Source of the DNA: Thermoplasmata archaeon
GTDB taxonomy: Archaea; Thermoplasmatota; Thermoplasmata; Thermoplasmatales; GCA-001856825
Direction: 5' to 3'
Length of the DNA stretch: 64,000 nt
Assembly (NCBI GenBank): GCA_021792255.1
Contig: JAJYUZ010000002.1
Span: 192,001-256,000 of the forward strand
Both the position numbers and the translations under genes were made by a program. The notes under the pieces were generated by a model. The model worked only from the letters and a program-made list of their open reading frames with translations, was not told where the DNA came from and ran no database searches. Below are positions 37,642 to 48,165 of the stretch, piece after piece (position 1 is the stretch's first letter; every line of letters begins with the position of its first letter).

Positions 37642-38948
37642 CACTCAATCGAAGATTGAAATTCACGAGACTGGTTGCCATAACGATGGGTACCCCTCTT
37701 GCGTCTTCCGTGTTCCTGAGCATAACAATAATGGTACTTATGGTTGGTTCTTTGATCAACCTAATATTCTCAGTCATAATATCCACGGCCGTAGTCATTC
37801 TGGTTTCCCTGGCGTATGGTGAATTAGTAAGCATATATCCATCCGCGGCTGGTAACAGGATTTTCCTCAAGAAACCGATGGGAAACACTTTGGCTCTCTC
37901 TTTATCGGTGATGTGGGTGATAATAATCCTTGGGGCCGCAGGTATCGAAGCGTACATGGCAGGCAACGTACTGGGCTACGTTGTCGGTATACTCCCTCCA
38001 TTTTTCTGGTCCATCTTAATCCTCAGCGTGGTCGTCCTGATAAACATCGTCGGTGTTGAAATTTCTGGAAATTTTCAAATGTTTATAACATTCTTTGTCA
38101 TTGTTTCACTCATCGTTGTTTCGGTATATTCGATATTTTTCGTAAGTAATGCTCCTCCCGTTGGATTTGGCAGCTTGAACTGGCTTTCTGTGTTTTCTGC
38201 CAGCGCTGTCTCCATTTACTTTTTCATAGGTTTTGGTAGGGTCACCACCTTGGGGGAGGAGGCTATAGACTACCGGAAGGGTATTCCCAGGGCTATGCCT
38301 TTAGGTATCTTTTTCATAGGCATCACTTTCATCCTTGCTTCAGTAGCGATATTTGAAAGGGTGCCCATTTCTGTTCTTCAAAACACCGTCATTCCTCAGA
38401 TCGTTCTTGGGAATTATATACTGACTGGAACCAAACTTCCCATCTTGATTGGCATTATCAGCATAGTCATGAGCTTTAGTGCATTTAATGCCGGTATCTT
38501 AGGAACTTCGAGGCTTGTATATGCGCTAGGAAGAGAAGGAGTGTTTCCAAAGTTCTTAGGTAACATTCACAAGAGGTTTCTCACACCATACGCCTCTTTG
38601 CTGTTCCTCTACGTTGTTGTCATGATTATTACTGCAGTAGTTTTCTTCACCAAGAACTACTCAGCAATCGTGCTCATAGCAGCGGCCTTTGATTCCTTTA
38701 TGTATGCCTTTGTCAGCTACAGTGCACTGTGGCATAAGAGAAAGTTGAAGAAGCAGGAGATTCCATTTGACGTAAGGGGTGGGACCGTCATTTACATTGT
38801 CATCACAGCAATATTCATGCTGCTCGGCATACTTCTTCTGCTAACATCTACAGCAGAGGTTGCCATAGTGGTGATAGTTGGAGTCTTTGTACTTTCACTC
38901 CTCTACTACTACCTGTACAAGTCCGGGAGATTGGGGACGAGAAGGTGA
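37632..38948 (+). CDS. APC family amino acid/amine permease
   Basis: About 12 TMs; YGELVSIYPSAAG, GEE, SRLVYALGREG.FP, TPY. Confidence 0.9.
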   Translation: MVLTLNRRLKFTRLVAITMGTPLASSVFLSITIMVLMVGSLINLIFSVIISTAVVILVSLAYGELVSIYPSAAGNRIFLKKPMGNTLALSLSVMWVIIILGAAGIEAYMAGNVLGYVVGILPPFFWSILILSVVVLINIVGVEISGNFQMFITFFVIVSLIVVSVYSIFFVSNAPPVGFGSLNWLSVFSASAVSIYFFIGFGRVTTLGEEAIDYRKGIPRAMPLGIFFIGITFILASVAIFERVPISVLQNTVIPQIVLGNYILTGTKLPILIGIISIVMSFSAFNAGILGTSRLVYALGREGVFPKFLGNIHKRFLTPYASLLFLYVVVMIITAVVFFTKNYSAIVLIAAAFDSFMYAFVSYSALWHKRKLKKQEIPFDVRGGTVIYIVITAIFMLLGILLLLTSTAEVAIVVIVGVFVLSLLYYYLYKSGRLGTRR

Positions 38949-38993
38949 GTTAATTCCAAGACACTTTGACTGCAAATGAGAATTCGGTTCAAA

Positions 38994-40259
38994 TTATTGG
39001 GACTGAGCTAGAGATTCTCTCTTTCTTTTCCACCAAGCGCCGTAAGGTCCAGCCAAACCTGACGAGGAAACAGACCCGTATGATTTCTGAAGTTTGCCAA
39101 GGTGTTCTGAGTCTATTTTTCCAATGCCGTTAAGGATCTCTTCGTATTCTTCTGTCGCCAAGTTATCTCCCGACAGCCATTTTCTCCTTATCGTCCCTAT
39201 ACTATTGATTATGTGCTCTTGCTCATCATCTACGCTGTGCATTTCATCTAAGTATGAGGCACTTCTTGATTCCTGATATTTCCGATGGATCAATTCAGAC
39301 TTTAGCCAATAATTTTGATCATAATTGAGCCAATATGTTCTTTCCTCAGAGAACAGTATAGGTTTGTACAAGGAAATGCAAGGGTTAGACGAGAAGGTCG
39401 ACCAGACGATAGATCTCTTCTCGCCGATTTCCACTACCATTGAATTAACTGTTTGGAACCTCCTCGAGAGTGGGCCAGCGTGCATACAGATATCGCCGTT
39501 GGATCCGAGTTTCGGATGGGTCCAATCTCCATCGTGATGTCTTAGTGTCTTAAAGAAGTCTCCTAATTCGATCCCACCTGACTCACTATTCAGACTGTCG
39601 GTAGTAAATTTCGATCTCTCAAATCCTCGACCCAACCTAGTATACAAGAAATCTTCTTTGTACGAAAAATTGTGCGATTTTCCTATGTCCGCTTTCTCGC
39701 TCTCTCTTTCGCGAGCTACGCTGTTCGAAATGGTATCAAATCTATTCACCTCTCTTAAGAGATATTCACTGCCAATGATGTACAGCTCAAGTACTCGTTT
39801 ACCGTCTGATATCAGGAAAGAATTATTGTAGTATTCATCCTTAAACTGATCATTGCTTCCCCCCTGTCCATATTTTTCGAGGTACTCTACTATTGTGTGG
39901 GCTGCAGAAAGGGAATCTTTTCCTCTCTCGAGACCTAATCGTAGCAGGTCCATTCCAAGTAGACCATTCTTTTTATTTTTGGGATTAGAGAAAATCGCCT
40001 CGTTTCCTATTGCGACGCCCTTTTCGTTTACTCCCATCTCCGCGCCCCACATCCACAGGGGCCTAGAAATGAGTATTGCATTCACATCTCCTTCACATTC
40101 TACCTCGATGTGAGTCGCATTCATTCTACCTTCTCTTGACATTCTTGGATAGAACTCCACTACCTGAATCTCATTTGGATCTCTATCGCTGTTTTTTCCA
40201 AATAGACCGACCTTTGGATCGCCATTATTCTTGGGAAGGCTGCACAAAGTATCGCACAT
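38994..40259 (-). CDS. Secernin/peptidase C69-like Ntn hydrolase
   Basis: MCDTL (N-terminal Cys nucleophile), KNSDRDPNE, WMWGAEMGVNE, GMDLLRLGLER, ICMHAG. Confidence 0.9.
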   Translation of the reverse strand: MCDTLCSLPKNNGDPKVGLFGKNSDRDPNEIQVVEFYPRMSREGRMNATHIEVECEGDVNAILISRPLWMWGAEMGVNEKGVAIGNEAIFSNPKNKKNGLLGMDLLRLGLERGKDSLSAAHTIVEYLEKYGQGGSNDQFKDEYYNNSFLISDGKRVLELYIIGSEYLLREVNRFDTISNSVARERESEKADIGKSHNFSYKEDFLYTRLGRGFERSKFTTDSLNSESGGIELGDFFKTLRHHDGDWTHPKLGSNGDICMHAGPLSRRFQTVNSMVVEIGEKRSIVWSTFSSNPCISLYKPILFSEERTYWLNYDQNYWLKSELIHRKYQESRSASYLDEMHSVDDEQEHIINSIGTIRRKWLSGDNLATEEYEEILNGIGKIDSEHLGKLQKSYGSVSSSGLAGPYGAWWKRKRESLAQSQ

Positions 40260-40417
40260 CCTAGTCATACCATTTTATATGCACTATTATTCTTTTCTAA
40301 CAGCTACCCGATGAAATGGAAGTTTGAATAATCAGAATCTATGGTCGATAGAGAGCGCTTAGAATTAGCGACGTCAACCTCACTTGCACTTTCAAGATAA
40401 AGAAAAGGAATAAAAAC

Positions 40418-41356
40418 ATGGAATGTGATAAGCGAGCAAAAATGAACAAGAATCTAACCTACGCTCAGGTGCATTCCCATTCTAAATTTTCAATAAACAG
40501 TCTAAGCGGAGAAGGTGTATTCCACAGATTTGTCTGGCCTTTTGAAAGAATGATAATGAAGGTACTGATGAAAAGTCCAAAGGAATTATTGAAAATGGCT
40601 AACAGGAGGGGCGTGGACTTTGTAGCAATCACAGATCACAACAACGTACCAGTGATCAAAGGAAGCAGTGAATTTCTGATAAGTGGAGAAGAGTGGGGAC
40701 AGAAAAAAGGACACTCTAATTTCATTAACATTGACTCGCCAATAGATCCCGAATGTGGATACTTTAAGGGGATCGAGTCGAGCAACCCCAAAGATTTTTC
40801 AGAAGCCGCCAAGGAAGCCAAGACGAGGGGGGCTCTTGTGTCGATCAACCATCCGTTTAAGACGAATGCGTGGTTCTGGGGCGAAGAAAGCTACGCACTA
40901 GCCGACGGAATCGAAATATGGAATGGCGACTGGGGCGAAGAAAATCAGAAGGCATTGGAACTCTGGCAAAAACTACTAGTTCAAGGTCTGAAGATATGGT
41001 GTTTTGCTGGAAACGATTTCCACGTGAATCATCTTTTCAATATAGATTCCCAGGTTCTGGCTCTTAGGGGTGTGGAGTCAAAATCTTCACTAATTTCGAA
41101 CCTCAGGAGAGGAAATTTTTCTATTACAAAAGATACCCATAGTCCCGTCGTCTTTCTCAATCACGACTTATCGTATTCTATTATAAATTATAAGGAATCG
41201 ATTGAACTTCGAGCAATTTCATCAGAGCGGACCGAACTGATAAGTAGACCCTCCAAAGAGGGAATCTTTGAAAAAAATAGGTTTAAAAACTTTGTAAGAC
41301 TAGAACTTTGGGAAGATGGCGGTCCTCTAAGTTTTTCTAATCCAACATTCCTATGA
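40418..41356 (+). CDS. PHP-domain metallohydrolase (CehA/McbA-like)
   Basis: HSHS, ITDHN, GEEW..GH, NHP, GNDFH. Confidence 0.85.
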   Translation: MECDKRAKMNKNLTYAQVHSHSKFSINSLSGEGVFHRFVWPFERMIMKVLMKSPKELLKMANRRGVDFVAITDHNNVPVIKGSSEFLISGEEWGQKKGHSNFINIDSPIDPECGYFKGIESSNPKDFSEAAKEAKTRGALVSINHPFKTNAWFWGEESYALADGIEIWNGDWGEENQKALELWQKLLVQGLKIWCFAGNDFHVNHLFNIDSQVLALRGVESKSSLISNLRRGNFSITKDTHSPVVFLNHDLSYSIINYKESIELRAISSERTELISRPSKEGIFEKNRFKNFVRLELWEDGGPLSFSNPTFL

Positions 41357-41444
41357 TCTGCTCGTATGAAAGATACATTTGAACGTCATTAAATATCAAA
41401 GCGTATCTTCATTTAATGTCACATAATGAAAGGTACTAGACTCA

Positions 41445-42740
41445 TTAAAGTTGTCCCTCCCTCGAAATATCGATTTCATCTGCCCTTGTCTTCATAATGT
41501 TTCTGAATTTAGCTACGTCTTTTGGCATGGTGAATATAAGCATTGTAAACACTATGCCGCACACCACCCAGGTCAGAGAACTGATGACAGTAATCGCATA
41601 CTGCAAAGAAATCGCCGTGGCTATAACTCCAGCCAAAAATGGCCCTACTGAGCTTCCCGCGCTCCCGAAAAAATTGAGATAAGCAGTTGCACTCCCCCTA
41701 AGTTCAGGCTCCGTTATGTCCATCACTGCTGCATTCACGCTGGGTCCAGCCATTGGTATTTCGAAGGCGGTAAAAATTCCAAGCACAAAAAATCCTCCGA
41801 AAGTAGGAGAATACATTGTAAGATAGATAAGAAGTGCAGACATGAAGACGACTACCGCACCAAGAATTGCCCTTCCGCTTGGAGTCTTTTTGAACAAATA
41901 ATCGCTCAAATATCCTGAAACGACATTTCCCGCAACCATCGCGAGTATCCATACCAACATGACTATTGTTATAGTGAAATCTGAAAGGCCCCTCCCCAGC
42001 GTCATGTACGTTATGATCCAAAAGCTGATGGTAAACCAAGGGAAAACTCCGAAAAACCCCTGAATGAACAGGAGAAGCAGAGATCTGTTCTTCAGAATCT
42101 TCCACAGATCCGATAGTTTTACCTTGTATATATCCGAAGTGAGTTTACCCTCAAGTTCTGGTTCAGCAGCTCCTCGAGGGACTTCTTTGACCAGCAGAAA
42201 TATCAGGACTCCAATCACGATACTTAGCCCCGCGGTGATAAAGAAGGAGTATCTCCAATTTAATCCGAGTCCAATTATTGTGAGAGGTATGATGATCCCA
42301 AGAAGATATCCTATCGGACTCGCTGCATTTATGAATCCCATTGCCCTTCCCCTGCTCTTGGGTCCAAAATAATCGGCAGTGAGAGTGTAGACGCCGGAAG
42401 GGGTAGGATAACCAATGGCGGTGAACATCCTGGTTATGAAGAATTGCGAGAAGACTCCAGAAAGTGCGTTTAGCCAAGTACTCGACCCAAGGAGTAAAGC
42501 TAGGAGACCGGTGAGAAATTTCCTCGAATATTTATCGTACCAGTATCCCCATAATGGGTAAAGAAGAGTTGATATTATGAGAGTGACGGAAAAAAGGAGA
42601 CCCAAAGTGACGTAGCTTACGTGAAATTCCCGGATCAGCTCCGGGTTTACCGCAGAAATAATGTACGTGTCAGCAGCCTGTATAACTAGAAAGGCTGATA
42701 AAACAGCAACGACCAACCATTTGTATCTGCCCTTGTCCAT
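41445..42740 (-). CDS. MFS transporter
   Basis: 12 TMs; DKYSRK, DYFGPKSRGRA, PELRGSA. Confidence 0.92.
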   Translation of the reverse strand: MDKGRYKWLVVAVLSAFLVIQAADTYIISAVNPELIREFHVSYVTLGLLFSVTLIISTLLYPLWGYWYDKYSRKFLTGLLALLLGSSTWLNALSGVFSQFFITRMFTAIGYPTPSGVYTLTADYFGPKSRGRAMGFINAASPIGYLLGIIIPLTIIGLGLNWRYSFFITAGLSIVIGVLIFLLVKEVPRGAAEPELEGKLTSDIYKVKLSDLWKILKNRSLLLLFIQGFFGVFPWFTISFWIITYMTLGRGLSDFTITIVMLVWILAMVAGNVVSGYLSDYLFKKTPSGRAILGAVVVFMSALLIYLTMYSPTFGGFFVLGIFTAFEIPMAGPSVNAAVMDITEPELRGSATAYLNFFGSAGSSVGPFLAGVIATAISLQYAITVISSLTWVVCGIVFTMLIFTMPKDVAKFRNIMKTRADEIDISREGQL

Positions 42741-42831
42741 TCCTCTGTATATTTTTTAGCCAGTATAAACTCTTTTTTATGAAATCTTCAGGATTTGTTC
42801 AGAACATTGACTTTCTGACATACCAAGAACA

Positions 42832-43224
42832 TTGAAAGCGCAATACATTCTTATAAATAAAGGGAATATAAAGGAGGTCAGCTTGCCAATTCAATACATC
42901 AAAGATAGTTTCAAGAAAATTGGAGAGCGAGAAATAGAATTCAAGATAAAGAACACAGAGGGTTCTGCAAGAGTCAGTGTATCGCCTTCTATATTCCTAG
43001 ATGATGTGGACGTCACCAGTCAAACTTCGATCGGTACAAAAGATGGGGGATTCATGAAAATCGAACAGAACATGGACTTGAACGTTCTCCTAGGAGGCTC
43101 AATTACACTCAGAGCGACGCTGGAAAAACCAATTGAAAAAGGGAGCCATATGGTAAAGGTTGACATAAAAGTGAACTGGCCGCTATGGACCAGTTTTGTC
43201 TCTGAATTCAAGATAAAAGCGTGA
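42832..43224 (+). CDS. Hypothetical beta-sandwich protein
   Basis: 130 aa, alternating hydrophobic strands. Confidence 0.55.
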   Translation: MKAQYILINKGNIKEVSLPIQYIKDSFKKIGEREIEFKIKNTEGSARVSVSPSIFLDDVDVTSQTSIGTKDGGFMKIEQNMDLNVLLGGSITLRATLEKPIEKGSHMVKVDIKVNWPLWTSFVSEFKIKA

Positions 43225-43227
43225 ACT

Positions 43228-44601
43228 TTACCTAAAGTGTTTTGCCATTGACTCGTTCTCGTCCAACAAAAGCAGGGCATTCACCACTTGCTCTGCCTGT
43301 TCATCATTTTTCGTACGAGGATCAGCCATCAACCACTCGAGCATTGTTTCTTTCCCCCCCTCCAGGAATGCTTCTAACGTCCATTCCATTCTTTGGACTC
43401 TGGGGCGTATTGAAAAATTCAATATCCTTATAGGAAGTCTCTTCCCAGTTTCAGCGTGGATTCCCCTTTTATCCAACAGTGCCGGCACCTCGACTGCAAC
43501 ATCGTCCGGGATGCCTTCGATTTTGCCTTTATTCATTACGTTTACCTGATGTGTACCTCCGACATCACTGCTCAGTGAGGTTATAAGAGGTACCACCGGT
43601 TCGTTACTGATGCCAGCCGGGAAGAGACGATAAAGGGGGGCAGCAGCGTTTTCCAATGCATTCTTAATCATGCTAATGTTCCTATCTTCCATATCAAGAT
43701 AAAATTTCCATCCTTCAGGAGAATCAAAGCCACCCGCTCGCCCGTACCACCTCATCTTTGTCTTTAGATTTCTGTGGTACTTCCATGTACCGCTCCTTAC
43801 CGTATCGCCTACAGGGACCAGTCCGTATTCCTTGTACATATCCACCATTGCTGGGGACATCTGCATGCCGAGTGGGTTTGACTTCGATGCTTTCAACCAG
43901 TCTTTGTAAAATGACCGATATTCTTTGTCTATCCACTCATTGAAAATTGGATACGCATCCTCTTTTCCTCTTTTGAATCTGGTCATCCAAATGGTGTGAT
44001 TCAGACCAATTGATTCGACCTCCATATCGTTTTCATTGAGTCGTAAGGAACCTACGATGTCCCTGTAGTCCAGATGGCCATGGCACACGCCTACCAAATT
44101 TAACCTCATTTGTCTTCCTATGAGGGTTGTAAGCTCGAAAACGGGATTTGAAAGTTGTATGAGCCAAGAACTGGGGCTCAACGACTCTACGTCTTCGGCT
44201 ATATCCATAGCCAATTTGAACTGATAATAACCCCATATGGTGTGGTAGTCGGAGACCATGTTCCACTCCACGCTATTTATTCCCCTAAAATAGCCAAACT
44301 TTTCCGAAATTGTCCTCATTTTTTCATAATATTGGTGTCCCCCAGCCATTGCAACATTTAGTACAAAATCTGAGTCTCGTATTGCCTCTCTCCTATCCGT
44401 GGTCTTGTAGAATTTGATATCGAACCTTACCTCCGAAGAGTACCTAACGGCAAAATGGTAAATGGTGTCAAGGCGCTCTTTGTCTACGTCCATCAAGTAA
44501 ATTTTGCTTCCTCTCATCTCGGGAGTCAAACAAAGATCGTGAATCAAAGTCGAACTCCAAAACAGGCTACCTGCCCCGATAATCGCAATTTTTAAAGTCA
44601 T
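43228..44601 (-). CDS. Family 4 glycoside hydrolase (NAD-dependent alpha-glucosidase/galactosidase)
   Basis: IIGAGS, NPVFE, GVCHGH, GLNH, VEVPA. Confidence 0.93.
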   Translation of the reverse strand: MTLKIAIIGAGSLFWSSTLIHDLCLTPEMRGSKIYLMDVDKERLDTIYHFAVRYSSEVRFDIKFYKTTDRREAIRDSDFVLNVAMAGGHQYYEKMRTISEKFGYFRGINSVEWNMVSDYHTIWGYYQFKLAMDIAEDVESLSPSSWLIQLSNPVFELTTLIGRQMRLNLVGVCHGHLDYRDIVGSLRLNENDMEVESIGLNHTIWMTRFKRGKEDAYPIFNEWIDKEYRSFYKDWLKASKSNPLGMQMSPAMVDMYKEYGLVPVGDTVRSGTWKYHRNLKTKMRWYGRAGGFDSPEGWKFYLDMEDRNISMIKNALENAAAPLYRLFPAGISNEPVVPLITSLSSDVGGTHQVNVMNKGKIEGIPDDVAVEVPALLDKRGIHAETGKRLPIRILNFSIRPRVQRMEWTLEAFLEGGKETMLEWLMADPRTKNDEQAEQVVNALLLLDENESMAKHFR

Positions 44602-44792
44602 TCTCTACCACCTTCTTCGATCGTCCTCTCTTTCCGATCAACTCGCACACTAAACGTCGTCCCTCTTTCAAGTGATGCCTTTGAGGTCACTTGAATTCTA
44701 ATCAGATCTTCAGGCGATGCTAGAATGAGTGTGTCTTCGCTCTGTTTAGCGTCTGCAAACCAAATTTCGTCATTTGTACCGCCTGCGCTCAT
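44598..44792 (-). CDS. Small ORF or gene relic
   Basis: 64 aa, ATGA overlap with the GH4 start; no motif confirmed. Confidence 0.3.
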   Translation of the reverse strand: MSAGGTNDEIWFADAKQSEDTLILASPEDLIRIQVTSKASLERGTTFSVRVDRKERTIEEGGRE

Positions 44793-45020
44793 TGTATTTC
44801 AATTTCTTTTTATTTGATATTCTTTTTCCTCGAGAGATCTAGGCGCTGAGAAAGATCAGAAAGTCCTAGTGGAAAGATTCAACAGCGCTTATATGTATGC
44901 TGTTCGGGAGAGACTTATAAAAAACGAATACAAGTGGCTCATTTCGAGACAGAATGCGGTTCACATCTTGGGCTATTCAAACCAACAATCGCCTCCTGCA
45001 TCATACATAAGAATCGCTCG

Positions 45021-46460
45021 CTAATCTATTGGAAGTCCCTTACAGATTCGTTCGTAGGTCTCTGCTGAATTTCTCTTCCTTCTCTCCTTCGTGCGATAAT
45101 CCACTTCGTACAGTCCGAATTTCATGGAATATCCGCTCGCCCATTCAAAATTGTCGAAAAGAGTCCAGTGGAAATAGCCCTTTACGGGTACTTTGTCTAT
45201 TTCAATAGCTTCCTGGAGAGCCTTCAAATGGTCGACGATATACCTTTTCCTCTTTTGATCGTTCGAATCCGCTATGCCGTTTTCAAGTATGTACAGAGGT
45301 AGTTGGAATCTGTCATATATCCATTTCAAAACTGGTCTCATTCCTTCCGCATAAATATCCCACTTGAAGTCGTTGCAATCCTCACAAGGAAGGACCTTCA
45401 TGGGAAGAGCCCCTGCATACAACTCTTCTTCAGAATATTCTACTCTCATTCTTGTATAGTAGTCAATTCCAATATAATCTGATCCACCGAAATTAGCTAT
45501 CTTCTCATCTGGAGTTCCTGAAAGATTGTTATCAAATTCACCTCTCAACGCAGCATTCAGAATCCATTCGTTGTTGAGGTATCTAGCTGTATTCGCAACC
45601 TCTCTGTCTTTTTCACCGCCAGTTACTGGCTCAAAATATGGGGGGGCGGTTCCAATTCCTACCTCTTTGCCCGTGTATTTCTTGAGTGTCCTGAATCCCA
45701 AATTATGGGCGAATGCGAGATTTCTTTCTACTCTAAATGCCAATGGTATATTCTCGAGTCCGGGAGGAAAACCTGCGCTCTTACCGAAAACGTAGCCGTT
45801 CGTAGCGATAACCTCTGGTTCGTTTATTGTCTCCCAAGCATCGACCTTTGTACCTAGGGTCTCTGAAACAAAATAGGAATATTTTGCGAATTCCTCAACA
45901 GTTTTGATGTCAAGCCATCCTCTTTCCTTCGCATTATCTAGGTCTCTGTGACACTTTACCGGCCTATGAAGCCATAATGGAAGAGGCCAGTGATACAGAG
46001 TCATAAACACCTTTAATCCGATGGAATGAGCATAATCTATCATTTTCTTATAGTGATCCAAGGCGTCTCGGTTCGCCGTCGACTTAAGTTGGCTGAGAGT
46101 AGTTCCAGTAGGTGAAAAACTCAGGGGTTCTCCTTTCTCATTTCTCTTGAACTGTCCATCCACAGCAGAGGTATCATCGCTGAATATCCTGGCCCACTCA
46201 ATACTCATTCTTAGGGAGTCATTTCCAAGAGACTTTGCCAGTCTCATATCCTCCTCATACAGATCCCAGAAACCATCTCCTTCTTGCGGCTTATCCCCAG
46301 AGACCAGACCTTCCTTGATGATTTCTTCACTGTTCGTCCATTCAAACCAATCTGTCCCACCAAAGTTGGAGGCTTCAGAGCTTCCCATTTCAGTCTGAAA
46401 TGCTGAAATTGCAGTTCCCCAGCTAAATCCCTTCGGAAACTTCAGTTCCATAGAACTCAA
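45021..46460 (-). CDS. Family 1 glycoside hydrolase (archaeal beta-glycosidase)
   Basis: FSWGTAISAFQTE, TINEP acid/base, ILENG nucleophile, DNFEWASG. Confidence 0.95.
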   Translation of the reverse strand: MSSMELKFPKGFSWGTAISAFQTEMGSSEASNFGGTDWFEWTNSEEIIKEGLVSGDKPQEGDGFWDLYEEDMRLAKSLGNDSLRMSIEWARIFSDDTSAVDGQFKRNEKGEPLSFSPTGTTLSQLKSTANRDALDHYKKMIDYAHSIGLKVFMTLYHWPLPLWLHRPVKCHRDLDNAKERGWLDIKTVEEFAKYSYFVSETLGTKVDAWETINEPEVIATNGYVFGKSAGFPPGLENIPLAFRVERNLAFAHNLGFRTLKKYTGKEVGIGTAPPYFEPVTGGEKDREVANTARYLNNEWILNAALRGEFDNNLSGTPDEKIANFGGSDYIGIDYYTRMRVEYSEEELYAGALPMKVLPCEDCNDFKWDIYAEGMRPVLKWIYDRFQLPLYILENGIADSNDQKRKRYIVDHLKALQEAIEIDKVPVKGYFHWTLFDNFEWASGYSMKFGLYEVDYRTKERRKRNSAETYERICKGLPID

Positions 46461-46584
46461 TTCCTTTCAATGATATGAAATTGTTTCAAAGATGGAGATA
46501 GCTCTCGTGATACGAGTGGGGTCGGAAAGAGGGGTTGTTTAATGCAGCATTCACGATATCACTGATGTCAACTTTCTCCGAGAT

Positions 46585-48165
46585 TTATTTTCCTGACCGA
46601 CTCATTAGTGCTCGAACAAGGAACGCAGAAGAACCCGGAAAGTGGATGCCTGTGTGACATTTCCCATCGTTTTCGTCTATCGTCTCACAGCTAAGTCCAT
46701 CATCTAGCGGTATCCCTTCCAATATGTTTTTGTCGGTCAGACCAGACAGCACCTCAGTAACGTAAGAATGAACCCATGGGTGTTTGACGTGTCTGTTACC
46801 GATGCCAGAGAATCTTCCTTCTACCTTGTACTCATTCTTGTTTGATTTGATCCAGTCAAAGGTATTCTTGAATATTCTCGACTCTCTATCGACGAATCCC
46901 AGAAATGGAAGGAGGAGTAGAGAACCGGTGGGATCATCGTAAAACTCGTTGTTTCCATTCAAATCAGTGGAATAGCAGAACATTTCATTGCTTACCATCT
47001 CTTTCATAATGTCTTCTCTTATCTTGTCGGAGTACTCCAGGTACGACTTGTCCAAAAGAAGTTCCTTGATTCTAGCCCCATACGTCCTCATTGAGTACCA
47101 TAGCGCAACGTTATTGAACGTAACATAGGGATAAGTCACGGGGTCATCAGAGCTGTTAAGGTCAGTACTGTATAAGTGGTATTGATCACTCTTCCTTGTA
47201 ATAAGCGCATCCATCAAATGACTTGCCCGCACAACGGAGTCTTCAGGTTCAATCACTTTATGGGCAATTGCCCTCTCGAGAGCAATGAAATAGTATGACA
47301 GCTGATCGAGCTCAAAACCATCGTACAAAATTCTACCGTCCAGATAGAGTGCGTGCGTACCCTTGTGATTCCAATATTTCTTCAGCAGCAAAGAGAGTAG
47401 TTCTTTGGCTCTGGCTGTATCATATCTCTCTATTATCGGTAGAACCCAGAAGACGAAATCCCTAGCCCAGAACCCACTAGACACATAATATTTTGGACTC
47501 TTTGAAGCCATTATGCAGTTGTCCTCCTTGTCTATGAAGATTGAGTTTGAGTTGAAGATTGACATCAGGATATTGTCTCTTGTGACCTTGTCCTTTACTC
47601 CGTTGAATCTATCCATGAATTTGTTCGTCTCTGTTTCAAGACTATTCACTCCAATTCTTGAAAGATGTATGGTGTTCAGAACTGCTCTATCTGGTGTGTC
47701 TCCGATGCCGATAAAATAGCCATTTTCGTCCCTTCTGAACGCAATAGAAGGAGTGCCGTTCCCTGTAGCGACGTAGTAGGCTGGAGAATCTGACCAATTT
47801 ACCTTCAAGGTCTCAACGGTCATTGGTATCTCCCAAAATATCTTGTAATAGGCCTCAACCTTCAACTTTCTAAATACTGGAGTACCAATGAAAAAACCGG
47901 GTCTATAAGGAGGTACGATTATTTTCACATCTTTTTCTTTCGAACAATTTTCGATCCACCCTACCCCTCTAAAGTCGTTTTCGGAGATGAATCTGCTAAT
48001 CTTGAAGCACACAAGTGAGGATGCGCTTTCAATCGGGAAACACAGCTCAAGTGTCCCACCTCGAAGGACGATGGAAAGGAAATAATTGGCAGTCACTCTA
48101 TAATTCTGTTCAACGACGCTATCTGGAGACGTTACCACCATTCTTCTGGAAAAGTTATAACTCAA
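46585..48165 (-). CDS. (alpha/alpha)6 glycosidase, GH125/GH15-like
   Basis: FWARD, FELDQ, SSDD, GSLLLLPFLG, SCE..F. Confidence 0.7.
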   Translation of the reverse strand: MSYNFSRRMVVTSPDSVVEQNYRVTANYFLSIVLRGGTLELCFPIESASSLVCFKISRFISENDFRGVGWIENCSKEKDVKIIVPPYRPGFFIGTPVFRKLKVEAYYKIFWEIPMTVETLKVNWSDSPAYYVATGNGTPSIAFRRDENGYFIGIGDTPDRAVLNTIHLSRIGVNSLETETNKFMDRFNGVKDKVTRDNILMSIFNSNSIFIDKEDNCIMASKSPKYYVSSGFWARDFVFWVLPIIERYDTARAKELLSLLLKKYWNHKGTHALYLDGRILYDGFELDQLSYYFIALERAIAHKVIEPEDSVVRASHLMDALITRKSDQYHLYSTDLNSSDDPVTYPYVTFNNVALWYSMRTYGARIKELLLDKSYLEYSDKIREDIMKEMVSNEMFCYSTDLNGNNEFYDDPTGSLLLLPFLGFVDRESRIFKNTFDWIKSNKNEYKVEGRFSGIGNRHVKHPWVHSYVTEVLSGLTDKNILEGIPLDDGLSCETIDENDGKCHTGIHFPGSSAFLVRALMSRSGK

